Shown: positions 29,916-39,629, counted from the first letter of the stretch. The stretch: DNA of 64,000 bases from a virus (IMGVR_UViG_3300028558_000018:64001-128000), one strand, 5' to 3'. Numbers and translations: made by a program. The notes: generated from the sequence alone by a model not told the origin.

Positions 29916-30956
29916 TTATAGTGAATCAGTTTTTTTAAGCACGGCATCAATATGATCCATAGCTTTAACATCAGGAACAGTTGACCCGTCTTTCGTATAC
30001 TTAGTTTGCCACTCGCTTAACACGGGTGCGACTTCTTTAAATACTTCAGGTTTATTAACTTTGATATCTTGAATAGCACGGTAAGTATTTGATGCGGCGC
30101 GATTTGCAACAACTATATCATAAGCGACCCAAATAATTAAAATTGTAAACAGAACACACGCAACAGTTGTTATAACCCATTGAGGAATTAACACTATGCC
30201 AATTGCGATTCCCAAACTAACCGCCGCGCCGATGCCGAATTGTTTTTTCAACACGGGGGCAAATATTGCGGCGATGCCAAGAGCGATTCCCACAAAAGTA
30301 AATATTCCAATTAACCACATACGCTCTTTGTTTCTTGCTTCTTTACTTTTTAAGTCTTCGTTTTGCTGAGAGATAATTTTCCCATTGGCGTCATTTAATT
30401 TAGATTGTGCGGCACTAATTTTTTCATCGTTTATTTTCTCAATATCTTGCTTATCTTTAATAACTTGAGTAACTTTTTTAGTTTTTTCATCTAGCAATTT
30501 ATGCGCGGCCCCAGCTTCATCCAGAGTAGCATTTAATCTTTTTTGTAAATCTTCATTAGTTACCTTCGCAATATCCAGTTCTTTTTTTAACAATTCTTGT
30601 TGTTTTAACACTCCATCTACAGAAGGTTTAGGCCCAAATGCAGCGGCGGCAATGACATGAGTAGAAGCAATTTCTACGGGACGACTTTTAATAGTTTCTA
30701 CTTCTAAAGCTATTTGCGCGCCATATAATTCATCAGCATTTTGTTGGAAATTTCCTTCTAATTGTTCCATTTCGGAATCTTTCGCGGCGAGAATTTTTTG
30801 ATTAGCCAATTCTATATCATGTTGTTTCTTTTCAATGACCAAACTTAGTTCTTGCGCGGCTTTTGATTTTTCCACATAGCCCAATTTAGAACTAATAGAG
30901 TTACAACCGGAAAGAAGAACAAAAAAGCTAAATAAGATTATTTTTGATAAATTCAT
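29916..30956 (-). CDS. Lipoprotein with coiled coil and C-terminal TM helices (spanin-like candidate)
   Basis: Lipobox LSGC, a long heptad region, then about three hydrophobic helices. Confidence 0.55.
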   Translation of the reverse strand: MNLSKIILFSFFVLLSGCNSISSKLGYVEKSKAAQELSLVIEKKQHDIELANQKILAAKDSEMEQLEGNFQQNADELYGAQIALEVETIKSRPVEIASTHVIAAAAFGPKPSVDGVLKQQELLKKELDIAKVTNEDLQKRLNATLDEAGAAHKLLDEKTKKVTQVIKDKQDIEKINDEKISAAQSKLNDANGKIISQQNEDLKSKEARNKERMWLIGIFTFVGIALGIAAIFAPVLKKQFGIGAAVSLGIAIGIVLIPQWVITTVACVLFTILIIWVAYDIVVANRAASNTYRAIQDIKVNKPEVFKEVAPVLSEWQTKYTKDGSTVPDVKAMDHIDAVLKKTDSL

Positions 30957-30967
30957 ATTATCAAATA

Positions 30968-31423
30968 TTAAACAATGGGCTTATCTGGTAAAACAGGTAA
31001 TGCCGTAATATAATTCTCTAAAGTAGGCTCAACTAATCCATTTTCTACCTTCGTGCGAAAATTATCCGCCGCCGTCCATTCCGCAGAACGAGCGTTGAAA
31101 CCAGCGGTTCCCTCGGCGTTAAATCTTGGGTTTAAATCTCCTTTATAAGAAACTAATGAAACTATATCATCGTAGCCCCAAGATTTTGCTAAAGCATCTA
31201 AACGGTTTTGAGAGTAATTTTCGCACGTAATAACTAGCTGTCGCATGAAATCTTCAGATGATTGAACAACGGGGGCGGGCGTCCATCCTGCGGCAAGTTG
31301 AGTAGAAACCCATATTTTAACGTTTTCTTCTGTGCTAGGTTCGTAACCAGAAGGACACAAATTAGCATAAGTTTTTGCTATAAGCGTTTGTGGATTTGGG
31401 TTTTTTTGTATAAAAAGTGGCAT
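30968..31423 (-). CDS. Tail fibre assembly chaperone-like protein
   Basis: RLDALAKSWGYDDIVSLVSY...PRFNAEG motif after a fibre gene; likely start MPLFIQ. Confidence 0.7.
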   Translation of the reverse strand: MPLFIQKNPNPQTLIAKTYANLCPSGYEPSTEENVKIWVSTQLAAGWTPAPVVQSSEDFMRQLVITCENYSQNRLDALAKSWGYDDIVSLVSYKGDLNPRFNAEGTAGFNARSAEWTAADNFRTKVENGLVEPTLENYITALPVLPDKPIV

Positions 31424-31427
31424 AGGA

Positions 31428-33215
31428 TTAACCTCCAAGTATAAAGACATTACGGACTATTGATATACGATGTTGTGCAGCATCAGCGCCGTTAGTAATA
31501 TTCAGAACAACGTTATTATCACCATTATTGCCTATAGTTGTGGGCGCTCCGGCTGCTCCGCTCCAAAGAAGTGTGTTAAATTTTCCATAAACCGAAACAT
31601 TCCCACCACTTATTGTCATGTAAGCTCCAGACATATTGACGGTATCAACACCCGTATCAGTTTGTGTGAGTGTTGTTCCGTCGTGGGCAACCACCCACAT
31701 ACGGGCATTTCTAAATTCAAGAACAACACCCCTAGTAGCGGGTTGCCCAAACCCCAGTGGTTTAATTCCTATTCTAAATATACCGTTTGCTGTCTGAAAA
31801 ACGTAATACCAAGAGAAAAATAATGTTATAGGTTTGGTCCAATCAACACCTGAATTAGAACCCGCCCCCGCCACACTTGCATTTGTGAATGAGACAAAGC
31901 TCATTCCCGTTGTGCTCGTAGAATTGGCCGTTGTTCCGCTTTGCAGGTTTATATCGCCCGCAACTCCAGCGCCACACGATGCGGTGCCAGTATTAGTGGG
32001 TGTGGGAAGAAGAAGATCACGAATGCGATATTGCTGTATCAAATCAATGAGCACAAGTGATGTAACAGCTTTGGTGTTATCGGAAAATCCACGGACGTCG
32101 GCTGACGTAGCAAGGCCAGCTACTTCTCCTTGGCTCCCCGTAGTAGCAATAGTATTTACGATTTTAGCAAAACTTACACTTGTAGTATCAATAGTAATCG
32201 CTCCAGTAGTATTAATTTTCCAAGTGGTTCCGCCCCCCGAAGTCCCGCTAGTTATAAAAATATTCGCCCCATAAAACGCTTGCCCAGTGTTGCCACTAGA
32301 ATACCAATTTGGGCGAGTCCAATTACCGGAATTCGTTACCCACGGACCATTTTGCGCTCCGGTTGTTTGGGCGGTAAGTAATACACTATCTATTCCCGTT
32401 CTTGGAGTCGCGCCATCATTAGAAGAAACACCCGAGCGAGAAACAACATTTCCAGTGTATACGCTTAAACAATTGTATGCGCCAAGATAAATTGCGCCGG
32501 AACTAATATTTGAAGCATAAGGAATCGAAGAAATGAACCCGCTAGGATTATTCCCTCCGTAATAGCGAGAGTCCCCGCTTGTTAACGGAATATAACCGCT
32601 AGGATTACTAGATTTTGGATAATATCTTAAATCTGCATTTCCAGTAGAAATCAACCCACTAGAATTAATCAAATTGATTTCACCTTGTAAATAGCCAGAA
32701 GAGGAGGTTAGATCGCCGCTGGAAGAGTAATTATTAGGATTATATGAGGGGTAGAAATTACCCGTTTGAGAAGCTAATAAACGATTATTAATATCATTTT
32801 GTAAATTTCCACTTATTAAACTCAAATCTCCACTGGTTGAATAATGGGAGGGATTATCTTTGGTATAATAATTTCCCGTTTGCCCATTTAATTGAGCGAT
32901 TTCATTTTGCAGCGTTTGCCCCGTTGACTCCAAAGAAGTTACGAGAGCGTAAGGTGTTAAACTCGAAGAACTTATATATCCAGAAGGATTACTACGTAAA
33001 TAATACTCGCCAGTTTGACTATTTAACAAATTAATTTCACTTTGCAAAAATCCACTTGTCCCCGTGCTATTATCAAAATAATATTTTAACGTCGCGGGAT
33101 TTATCGCCGCGTCTTCGATTAATCCAGAAATAACCTCTCCGGAAGTAGCAAAATGGATTACTCCCTCGGCAGTATAACTCGCAGTAGGAATGGGCTGGAA
33201 AATCTTATAGGACAT
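31428..33215 (-). CDS. Tail fibre protein
   Basis: Fibre repeat GVIHFATSGEV..G....AINPATL, about five YYxxxNPSGY repeats, a VLLTAQT..AQNGPW...WTR domain and a lectin-like tip. Confidence 0.85.
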   Translation of the reverse strand: MSYKIFQPIPTASYTAEGVIHFATSGEVISGLIEDAAINPATLKYYFDNSTGTSGFLQSEINLLNSQTGEYYLRSNPSGYISSSSLTPYALVTSLESTGQTLQNEIAQLNGQTGNYYTKDNPSHYSTSGDLSLISGNLQNDINNRLLASQTGNFYPSYNPNNYSSSGDLTSSSGYLQGEINLINSSGLISTGNADLRYYPKSSNPSGYIPLTSGDSRYYGGNNPSGFISSIPYASNISSGAIYLGAYNCLSVYTGNVVSRSGVSSNDGATPRTGIDSVLLTAQTTGAQNGPWVTNSGNWTRPNWYSSGNTGQAFYGANIFITSGTSGGGTTWKINTTGAITIDTTSVSFAKIVNTIATTGSQGEVAGLATSADVRGFSDNTKAVTSLVLIDLIQQYRIRDLLLPTPTNTGTASCGAGVAGDINLQSGTTANSTSTTGMSFVSFTNASVAGAGSNSGVDWTKPITLFFSWYYVFQTANGIFRIGIKPLGFGQPATRGVVLEFRNARMWVVAHDGTTLTQTDTGVDTVNMSGAYMTISGGNVSVYGKFNTLLWSGAAGAPTTIGNNGDNNVVLNITNGADAAQHRISIVRNVFILGG

Positions 33216-33298
33216 TGGAGTTGAATATTAATTACCCATTACAGAGCGATAAGGGAAAGGGAAAATAATTGAATAATGTTAAAATTAATATAATAATA

Positions 33299-34504
33299 TT
33301 AATAAGTTGGAAATGATGATAAATCTACTTCGGTAAGCTGGTAGCCTCCACCAAGCGTAGTCATCATCGTGTTGATTGCGGCCTTCTGCGGCGGTAAGTC
33401 GGTGCCAGCTCCTCCACCAGATATTGTCGCAACGGCCAGTAAAATTAACGAGCTATTAATAATAAGAAAAGATGGGCTTCCACTATCTCCACCTATTAAA
33501 AATTCATCAAATTCTAATCTTTTAGAATCAATAGGGGAAACATTATTAGCTAATATATAGCCACTATTTGCCGTATATTGACCGAGCCAATCTTTTATAA
33601 GAGCTTTTTTTTCTTGATCCGTGCTCATTATAGCTACTCGATACTGCGCGCTTTTGAAGTAGTTAGCATAGTTAGCGGGTAAAACTTTTGCGAAATTAAC
33701 ACCTGCGGGAACATCGCTATCTAATACCGCCACGCATAAATCTGGAAAATATGGAACGTAAGCAGGGTGAGTAAGTTTGGCCGTTATAGTGCGAGTTACA
33801 ACCGTATTATCTGTTTTAACGAAACGCATAATTGTGCCCACCTCTGGTTGATAATGAGCCGCGAATAAAACATGCCGAGGACTAATAAGCACACCGGCGA
33901 AATTTGACCCGCCCTGAGAATTCCAAGGACTCATACAAGTTAAATCGATATCATAGGCCCAGCATGAGACGTTGCGCGTGTAAATTGAATTAATATGATC
34001 TTGAGTTGTGTAAATTGGTTTCGCGGAAGATGCCGTTTTCCCTGCTATACGAGAATCAACTTGTGCCGAAGCATGGCTACATGCGCACCCGCTTACCCAT
34101 GATACAAAAGACGTAGTTAGTTGACCACCTCGCGATGCAAAGTTAAGTGAAAATGGGACCGAGCGAACAGACGAAGCCACTGTAATAATAGCTGTGCCAT
34201 CAGAGGCATATTGAATATTTGACCCTGTTACCGTTGCTATCGCTTCATTAGATGACGTTATAGTAACAATTTGTGATTCCGATCTTACATTATTGATAAT
34301 GGATAAATTCCAATTGCGAACTTGAGTCGCCGTTGTATAAGACTGTATTACCGCATCATTTACTGTAGATTGTCCAGTCGAAGTTCCGGATATTTGAACC
34401 CACGAAGGAGTTGGAGTGCTTACATCAAACCAAAATGGATGCAACGAAGCCCCCGTAAACTTGCGCGTCGGTGCGGGGGTTGCCGATCCTCCATTTAGTA
34501 TCAT
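33299..34504 (-). CDS. Trypsin-like serine protease with an Ig-like N-terminal domain
   Basis: GVLISPRHVLFAAH (His), PDLCVAVL (Asp), GGDSGSP (Ser); SSNEAIATV...GTAIITVA is Big_2-like. Confidence 0.85.
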   Translation of the reverse strand: MILNGGSATPAPTRKFTGASLHPFWFDVSTPTPSWVQISGTSTGQSTVNDAVIQSYTTATQVRNWNLSIINNVRSESQIVTITSSNEAIATVTGSNIQYASDGTAIITVASSVRSVPFSLNFASRGGQLTTSFVSWVSGCACSHASAQVDSRIAGKTASSAKPIYTTQDHINSIYTRNVSCWAYDIDLTCMSPWNSQGGSNFAGVLISPRHVLFAAHYQPEVGTIMRFVKTDNTVVTRTITAKLTHPAYVPYFPDLCVAVLDSDVPAGVNFAKVLPANYANYFKSAQYRVAIMSTDQEKKALIKDWLGQYTANSGYILANNVSPIDSKRLEFDEFLIGGDSGSPSFLIINSSLILLAVATISGGGAGTDLPPQKAAINTMMTTLGGGYQLTEVDLSSFPTY

Positions 34505-34507
34505 AAT

Positions 34508-35854
34508 TTATTTCCCGACCCAGCCCGTATTACCCGCGCCAGATTCTTTAACATAAAGCGTAGTCGCCGCGCCACCATCAGTTCTTAAAAAAAGAGAGCC
34601 TACATTGGCCGTTACAACCGATTCGGGCGATCCTGTCCCCGTTTTAATAATGATTCCAGAGTTACTTATGTCTATCGCGCCGCCCGCCGCACTTGCGCCC
34701 GCAGAGGTGTTGATGGAGCCGCCTGCGCGGATGCCGTTGGCGGAAGTCGTGATGGAACCAGCGGCCCCGCCGACTGTATTTCCAGATGCAGCACCGCCGA
34801 CCATCAAAAGAGACCCGCCAATGCCGCCTGCGCCTCCTATTGCGCCTCCCGTTCCTGCCGCGCCGTCTCCGCCGTTTGATACGATTTGACCAGTGGCACC
34901 ACCAGCCCCTCCGGTTTCGCCTGCGTTTCCGCCAGCACCCCCAGAACCGCCAACAATAGACAAAGCGCCGTTGGTAAGTTGGCCAACTATACCGCCAGCA
35001 CCACCAGCGGCAGACGGTCCTCCCGCTCCACCATTGCCACCCCGAACGGTTATTGCACGAGCATTCGCACCAGCACCGCCTGCTCCGCCTGCTCCGCCCG
35101 CTCCGCCCGTGCCACCCCTGATAGAAAACGTGCTTGTTGCTCCGCCCGCACCGCCGTTGGCACCGCTTCCGCCTGCGCCGCCATTTCCGCCATAGACCGC
35201 AAGAGGGACCGATGCGCCACCCCCGCCATTGCCGCCATTTCCGGTGCCGGTAGCGTGATTAGCTCCGCCATTGCCGCTACGAACATCAACTGTTGGCGTG
35301 TTTGTCGATCCAACCGAACCAACCGTTCCAGAGCCACCTAGGTTTGCGCCAGCGACAGCCAGAGCGGTCTTCTGCACGACAAGCGAGTTAGCGGAAATAA
35401 GAACGCCACCGAGCGTCGCACCGTCGCCCATGTAAATGTATTTCGTGTCCGTCGCGTAGCCGAACTCACCCGAGGCCAGTGTAATGACCGCGAGTTCCGC
35501 CGCCGTTCCTTGGCGCACAATGACCTGAGCGGGGCCAGCGGGAGGCAGCACAACGTATCCGTTTTCGTTCGCGAGGTTCGCCAGATCGACTATTACATAG
35601 TTGTTTCCCGTCGCCGTGACTTGGACCAGTTGGCCTATTTGGGAGGGAGGGGAAACGAGGGCGAAACGAACCGTATCGTCTGCAACCACAGAAGCAATAT
35701 TAATCTTTAAATCAAGCCCAGATTTTAACCCTTGCGGCGTAATAGCTTTAGTCGTATCGGTCCCTATTACGGCTTCTCCAGTTGTAGCCAGTTGAATAAC
35801 CCCAATTTCAGTAATTGATGCATTAGGAATCGGTTCAAGAATATTATAGGGCAT
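34508..35854 (-). CDS. Glycine-rich (PGRS-like) tail fibre/adhesin
   Basis: N-terminal fibre repeat, Mtd_N-like RQGT...LASGEFGYATDTK..YMGDG, GGxGGxGG repeats, and C-terminal GTGSPE.VVTA.VGSLFLRTDGG...GW module. Confidence 0.85.
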   Translation of the reverse strand: MPYNILEPIPNASITEIGVIQLATTGEAVIGTDTTKAITPQGLKSGLDLKINIASVVADDTVRFALVSPPSQIGQLVQVTATGNNYVIVDLANLANENGYVVLPPAGPAQVIVRQGTAAELAVITLASGEFGYATDTKYIYMGDGATLGGVLISANSLVVQKTALAVAGANLGGSGTVGSVGSTNTPTVDVRSGNGGANHATGTGNGGNGGGGASVPLAVYGGNGGAGGSGANGGAGGATSTFSIRGGTGGAGGAGGAGGAGANARAITVRGGNGGAGGPSAAGGAGGIVGQLTNGALSIVGGSGGAGGNAGETGGAGGATGQIVSNGGDGAAGTGGAIGGAGGIGGSLLMVGGAASGNTVGGAAGSITTSANGIRAGGSINTSAGASAAGGAIDISNSGIIIKTGTGSPESVVTANVGSLFLRTDGGAATTLYVKESGAGNTGWVGK

Positions 35855-35880
35855 GGGTGATGATATTTACACGATAAAAT

Positions 35881-36363
35881 TTAGCTTTTGAAATATCTAT
35901 TAATGGTTTCTCGTGAAAATTCCCCATTTGTGAGTTCGCTAGGTATATAATCCACCCCGAATTGAAGTAGTTTTCTTTGTGCGTTTTTATAAACTATTGT
36001 TAGATAGTTAATTACGTTTTCTTTTTGAGCAAACTTTTGTGGCGAACCTTCGCGCCAAAGTAAATATTCCTCATAAGCTGATGATAAAGAAAAACAACCA
36101 TCGAGAGAATTTTTCAACGACGAATCAATGGTAATCTTAACATCATCGCGAAAATCCACAAAATAATTAACACTTAATTGGCGGTGAATTATCTTTATGC
36201 CGTTGAATTTGATAAATTGCGCAATATCGGAATAAATTTTTTCGTAATCTTGCCGCACCATGTCAGTATTTACACAAATTTGGGGCGGCGAAGAAATTAT
36301 TGTAGAATTAATAATAATTAAATTATTTAATTGGCGGGTTATAGCAGCCCTCGATTTTGTCAA
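35881..36363 (-). CDS. Hypothetical protein (true start probably downstream)
   Basis: ORF fills the gap between phoH and the fibre gene. Confidence 0.55.
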   Translation of the reverse strand: MTKSRAAITRQLNNLIIINSTIISSPPQICVNTDMVRQDYEKIYSDIAQFIKFNGIKIIHRQLSVNYFVDFRDDVKITIDSSLKNSLDGCFSLSSAYEEYLLWREGSPQKFAQKENVINYLTIVYKNAQRKLLQFGVDYIPSELTNGEFSRETINRYFKS

Positions 36364-37102
36364 GGATGTAACTCAAGAAGGGGTGTCTCACAATATCTTC
36401 GCTTTTAAAAGATAGAGAATATATCCCCCGTTCTTTACTTGACTCGTCATTGAATAAATCAAAATAACGCATAACTTCTACATTACCTTTAACATCGGCC
36501 TGCAAAGGATCAAAACAAAATATTAATTTGCTATATCGTCCGAATCTGCTAATAATTGTCTTTAGAGTGGTTGCATCAATATTTTGGGCCTCATCTACTA
36601 TGATAAATTTGCCATTCCAAGATTGGCCGCGAATAAAATTCGGCACGGTTCCAACAATAGTTTCATTTTTAATTAATAAATCCGCTTCTGGACGAGGCAG
36701 CAATTCATCCAACTTGTCATAAAGCGGTGTTAGATAAACACTTTCCTTAGTAACTTTATCGCCTGCAAGAAATCCTAATGATTTTCCTACCTCAATTGGC
36801 GGGCGCAGGAAAAGTATGTCTGAGTGAGTTTTGTTATTCACGCAAAGTAGTGCGGCATAAACAGATAGCCATGTTTTTGATGTCCCCGGTCTGCCTGATA
36901 ACAGGACGATGTTCGTTTTCTTATCTAAAATAATATCTAAAAATTCTTTTTGACGCGGCGTTAATTCGTGCTTGGGTTGAATATTTAATTTGAAATCTAT
37001 TTTTTTATTTTGAAATACATGTTGGCTAGTATCTTTTTTCCTCCCCTCCTCATTTTTTAACTTAGCAATTTGGGCATTTTTTAAGCGTTTTGGCTTCGAC
37101 AT
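36323..37102 (-). CDS. phoH: PhoH-family ATPase
   Basis: GRPGTSKT, LGFLAG, FIRG, IIVDEAQN, SRFG, DIVRH. Confidence 0.93.
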   Translation of the reverse strand: MSKPKRLKNAQIAKLKNEEGRKKDTSQHVFQNKKIDFKLNIQPKHELTPRQKEFLDIILDKKTNIVLLSGRPGTSKTWLSVYAALLCVNNKTHSDILFLRPPIEVGKSLGFLAGDKVTKESVYLTPLYDKLDELLPRPEADLLIKNETIVGTVPNFIRGQSWNGKFIIVDEAQNIDATTLKTIISRFGRYSKLIFCFDPLQADVKGNVEVMRYFDLFNDESSKERGIYSLSFKSEDIVRHPFLSYILDKIEGCYNPPIK

Positions 37103-37270
37103 AAATTTGATTTAATTGTTAAAAGAATGAACTGTCCCGTCACATAATATTACAAAGAATCTACTCATTTGCCCAATTTAGTTTTTAAATTCAAAATTAA
37201 CTTCCCAAGGCAGCGTATAAAGGTTAATCTTGACAAGTTCATTTCAACCAATTAACATATATTTGACTTT

Positions 37271-37957
37271 ATGATTATTCACTCTAACATTCCCGCCAAT
37301 TTAATTGAATTCCCAGAAGACGCCCCCGCCAGAATTGCACGACCTAAGTATATTACTATTAATGAGTTTGATGAATATAGCGCGTGTAAATTTACCGATG
37401 CGTTTAATCAATTGATGGACGAACCCCAAGATAAAATCTTCATCCATATTTCTAGTCCGGGCGGTGCGATTAGTTCATTAATGGGTATGAATGATATTAT
37501 TGCTTGTTCGCCAAAGCCCGTTGTTACGTTTACAAATTCTCTAAGTTGTTCTTGCGGCGCACTATTGCTAGCTCTTGGCACTAGAGGATATCGTTATGCC
37601 TCACCTAACGCAATGATTTTGGTTCATGAGGCAAGCACTTCATCGGAGGGGAAAACGTCTGATGTGCTAAATGAGGCGCGATATGTCGAGAAACTAAATG
37701 ATAAATTATTGGAAATTCTCGCCCAACATTCCAATAAGTCCAAAGATTTTTATAAAAAAATGATTAAGAAGCAAAATAATGCTGATTTATTTATTACTCC
37801 GGAAGACGCGAAACTTATGGGGATCATTGATCACGTTGGGGTGCCGAAACTTACAATGAATATTAAAGTTACTTATGATTTGGAAAATATGTTACCTAAA
37901 AAACTTGACCGCGCCCCGAAGTCTATTGAGAAAGTAAATAAGAAAAATAAATCTTGA
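37271..37957 (+). CDS. clpP: ClpP-family protease proteolytic subunit
   Basis: ISSPGG, SCSCG (Ser), ILVHE (His), DLFITPEDAKLMGIID; upstream TTGACA-N17-TAACAT. Confidence 0.88.
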   Translation: MIIHSNIPANLIEFPEDAPARIARPKYITINEFDEYSACKFTDAFNQLMDEPQDKIFIHISSPGGAISSLMGMNDIIACSPKPVVTFTNSLSCSCGALLLALGTRGYRYASPNAMILVHEASTSSEGKTSDVLNEARYVEKLNDKLLEILAQHSNKSKDFYKKMIKKQNNADLFITPEDAKLMGIIDHVGVPKLTMNIKVTYDLENMLPKKLDRAPKSIEKVNKKNKS

Positions 37958-37988
37958 CCCAGTTAGCACAATCAAGATTCTTCCCCTC

Positions 37989-38183
37989 ATGAAGGTAACA
38001 TCATTCTGTTGCGACGAACAAAACCACGAATATTCTATTGGATTGGCCAACGGGAAAGTTTTAACCGGACTATGGGCGACTCGCCTAATTTATCTCAAAC
38101 AACACGCGAAGAATTCCGCGCTAATCGAACCTCACGTTGATTTAGATCAAATTGTAGCTCCTTCTAAATATGCTAAAAGATAA
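37989..38183 (+). CDS. Hypothetical protein
   Basis: Small ORF in the packed plus-strand cluster. Confidence 0.5.
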   Translation: MKVTSFCCDEQNHEYSIGLANGKVLTGLWATRLIYLKQHAKNSALIEPHVDLDQIVAPSKYAKR

Positions 38184-38358
38184 ACTCAATTCTTCTCAAT
38201 GCTCTGTGCTTCAACAAGTTATGCTGCGCGAGCCAGTTAACGAGCGCGATATTATTTCTAAATTAGCGGGCGCGGAATTATACAGAATTGGGCTGTTGAT
38301 TAAGGACGAAGAGGCGCGATACAAGGCTAATTGGGAAAAAGTTAAAAATTACGCTTAA
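38170..38358 (+). CDS. Hypothetical protein
   Basis: Small ORF overlapping its upstream neighbour. Confidence 0.5.
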   Translation: MLKDKLNSSQCSVLQQVMLREPVNERDIISKLAGAELYRIGLLIKDEEARYKANWEKVKNYA

Positions 38359-38360
38359 TT

Positions 38361-38534
38361 ATGAATAAAGATAAATTAATAGAACTGCAAAAAGAATATA
38401 TCGAATTTTTAGGGAAATATATTAGAGATACCTCCGCTTACTTGCATGTTCATGGCCAATGTTGTTCCAAAGAAATTGCGGACGAAGGAATTAGGCTGCG
38501 CGCCGAAATTTTAAAAGCCGAAACTAATGAGTAA
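38361..38534 (+). CDS. Hypothetical protein (57 aa)
   Basis: Not in the ORF track. MNKDKLIELQKEYIEFLG...; TAATTATG junction. Confidence 0.55.
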   Translation: MNKDKLIELQKEYIEFLGKYIRDTSAYLHVHGQCCSKEIADEGIRLRAEILKAETNE

Positions 38535-38694
38535 ATATACTTTAGAAGAACTTAATACTTTTCTTATTAAGAAAATTGCCGAGGCCGAAAAGAAAGCAAA
38601 ATTTTGGGCGACACAAAAAGGCGAGAAGAACACTGTTAAAGAATTGCAAGTAGAAATTGACATGTTGAAGGATATTTGTTCTAGAATTAATTAA
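38527..38694 (+). CDS. Hypothetical protein (55 aa)
   Basis: Not in the ORF track. MSKYTLEELNTFLIKKI... Confidence 0.5.
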   Translation: MSKYTLEELNTFLIKKIAEAEKKAKFWATQKGEKNTVKELQVEIDMLKDICSRIN

Positions 38695-38695
38695 T

Positions 38696-38923
38696 ATGAG
38701 TTGGCCATATTTTAGACTTCCTTCATTTCAGGGTAATTACTCATTTCGCTACATTGCGCGGCGAGTTTTAACGGGGATAATTTATAACGAATTAACCCAC
38801 TCTACTCGCGTGCAAATTAAATCAAAGCGGCCCAAAAAGATTGTCGGCATTAGGAAAAGTTATTCAGCCGGAACAAAATCCAATGGCGGTGTGCGCGGAA
38901 GTGGTGCTACAAAATGGCGTTAA
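38696..38923 (+). CDS. Hypothetical basic protein
   Basis: 75 aa, packed in the operon. Confidence 0.5.
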   Translation: MSWPYFRLPSFQGNYSFRYIARRVLTGIIYNELTHSTRVQIKSKRPKKIVGIRKSYSAGTKSNGGVRGSGATKWR

Positions 38924-39192
38924 CTCCACTTACAGTTCAATTACAGAAAAAGGAATTTGATCCTAATTGGAGAAAGAGCGCGGCGTGGTTGTCCATTAAA
39001 AAGATAACGCTGGCCGATTGCCTTAATAAAACGGGCGAAATAATCGCGGGCGAACCATTGAATAAAAAGGTATCTCAGGAAAAAGTATTCACCTTTGGTA
39101 AATATTCTGGGAGAACTTACAAATGGGTAGAACAGAATGACTCCAATTATTATAATTGGGCAAAAGAAAATATAAAGGGCTTTTCTCCTTAA
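38914..39192 (+). CDS. Protein with exonuclease-X C-terminal-like (FGKY) small domain
   Basis: FTFGKYSGRTYKWV...YYNW motif. Confidence 0.6.
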   Translation: MALTPLTVQLQKKEFDPNWRKSAAWLSIKKITLADCLNKTGEIIAGEPLNKKVSQEKVFTFGKYSGRTYKWVEQNDSNYYNWAKENIKGFSP

Positions 39193-39629
39193 CCGAAATC
39201 TTTTTTCAGAATATACCCACCTTTAAATTCATAATCGGTTTCCCCGCCCATGAATTTAATAAAATCCGTGATCGTTTTTAGCTTTCTAAATACGCCAAAA
39301 GTATTAATAACCTCTTCACGAGTCAACTCAAATCCTTCTTGTTCCGCATAGCGGAATCGATTGTGGTCCATGATAAGATAAACAACGTTGCCATTTTTTT
39401 CGCGCCCAACGTAACCATTTAATCCTAATTTTTGATTTTCAATAATATAAAAGAAAGTGGGGCAAGTATCTTGAGACGCGGTAGTGCGATATTCTTCGAT
39501 TACTATTTTGGATTGTTCGAATTTTTTAATTTCAATAATATTAGTGATAAATACGAGAATTAACTTGAATAGATACTTATCAATATCCTCGGATTCAAAG
39601 GTGTAACCGTAATAAGAATTTGGCATCAT
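39189..39629 (-). CDS. Hypothetical late protein inside the plus-strand cluster
   Basis: Likely start MMPNSYY; late promoter at 39648-39673. Confidence 0.6.
   Translation of the reverse strand: MMPNSYYGYTFESEDIDKYLFKLILVFITNIIEIKKFEQSKIVIEEYRTTASQDTCPTFFYIIENQKLGLNGYVGREKNGNVVYLIMDHNRFRYAEQEGFELTREEVINTFGVFRKLKTITDFIKFMGGETDYEFKGGYILKKDFG

Noticed and set aside
34605-35341. Pro-rich plus-strand ORFs, or a mycobacterial PE-PGRS gene
   Set aside because: These are the reverse complement of Gly codons. There is no PE domain, and the flanking domains are phage fibre modules.
31428-35854. Diversity-generating retroelement suggested by the Mtd_N-like domain
   Set aside because: No reverse transcriptase and no TR/VR repeat pair differing at adenines seen in the window
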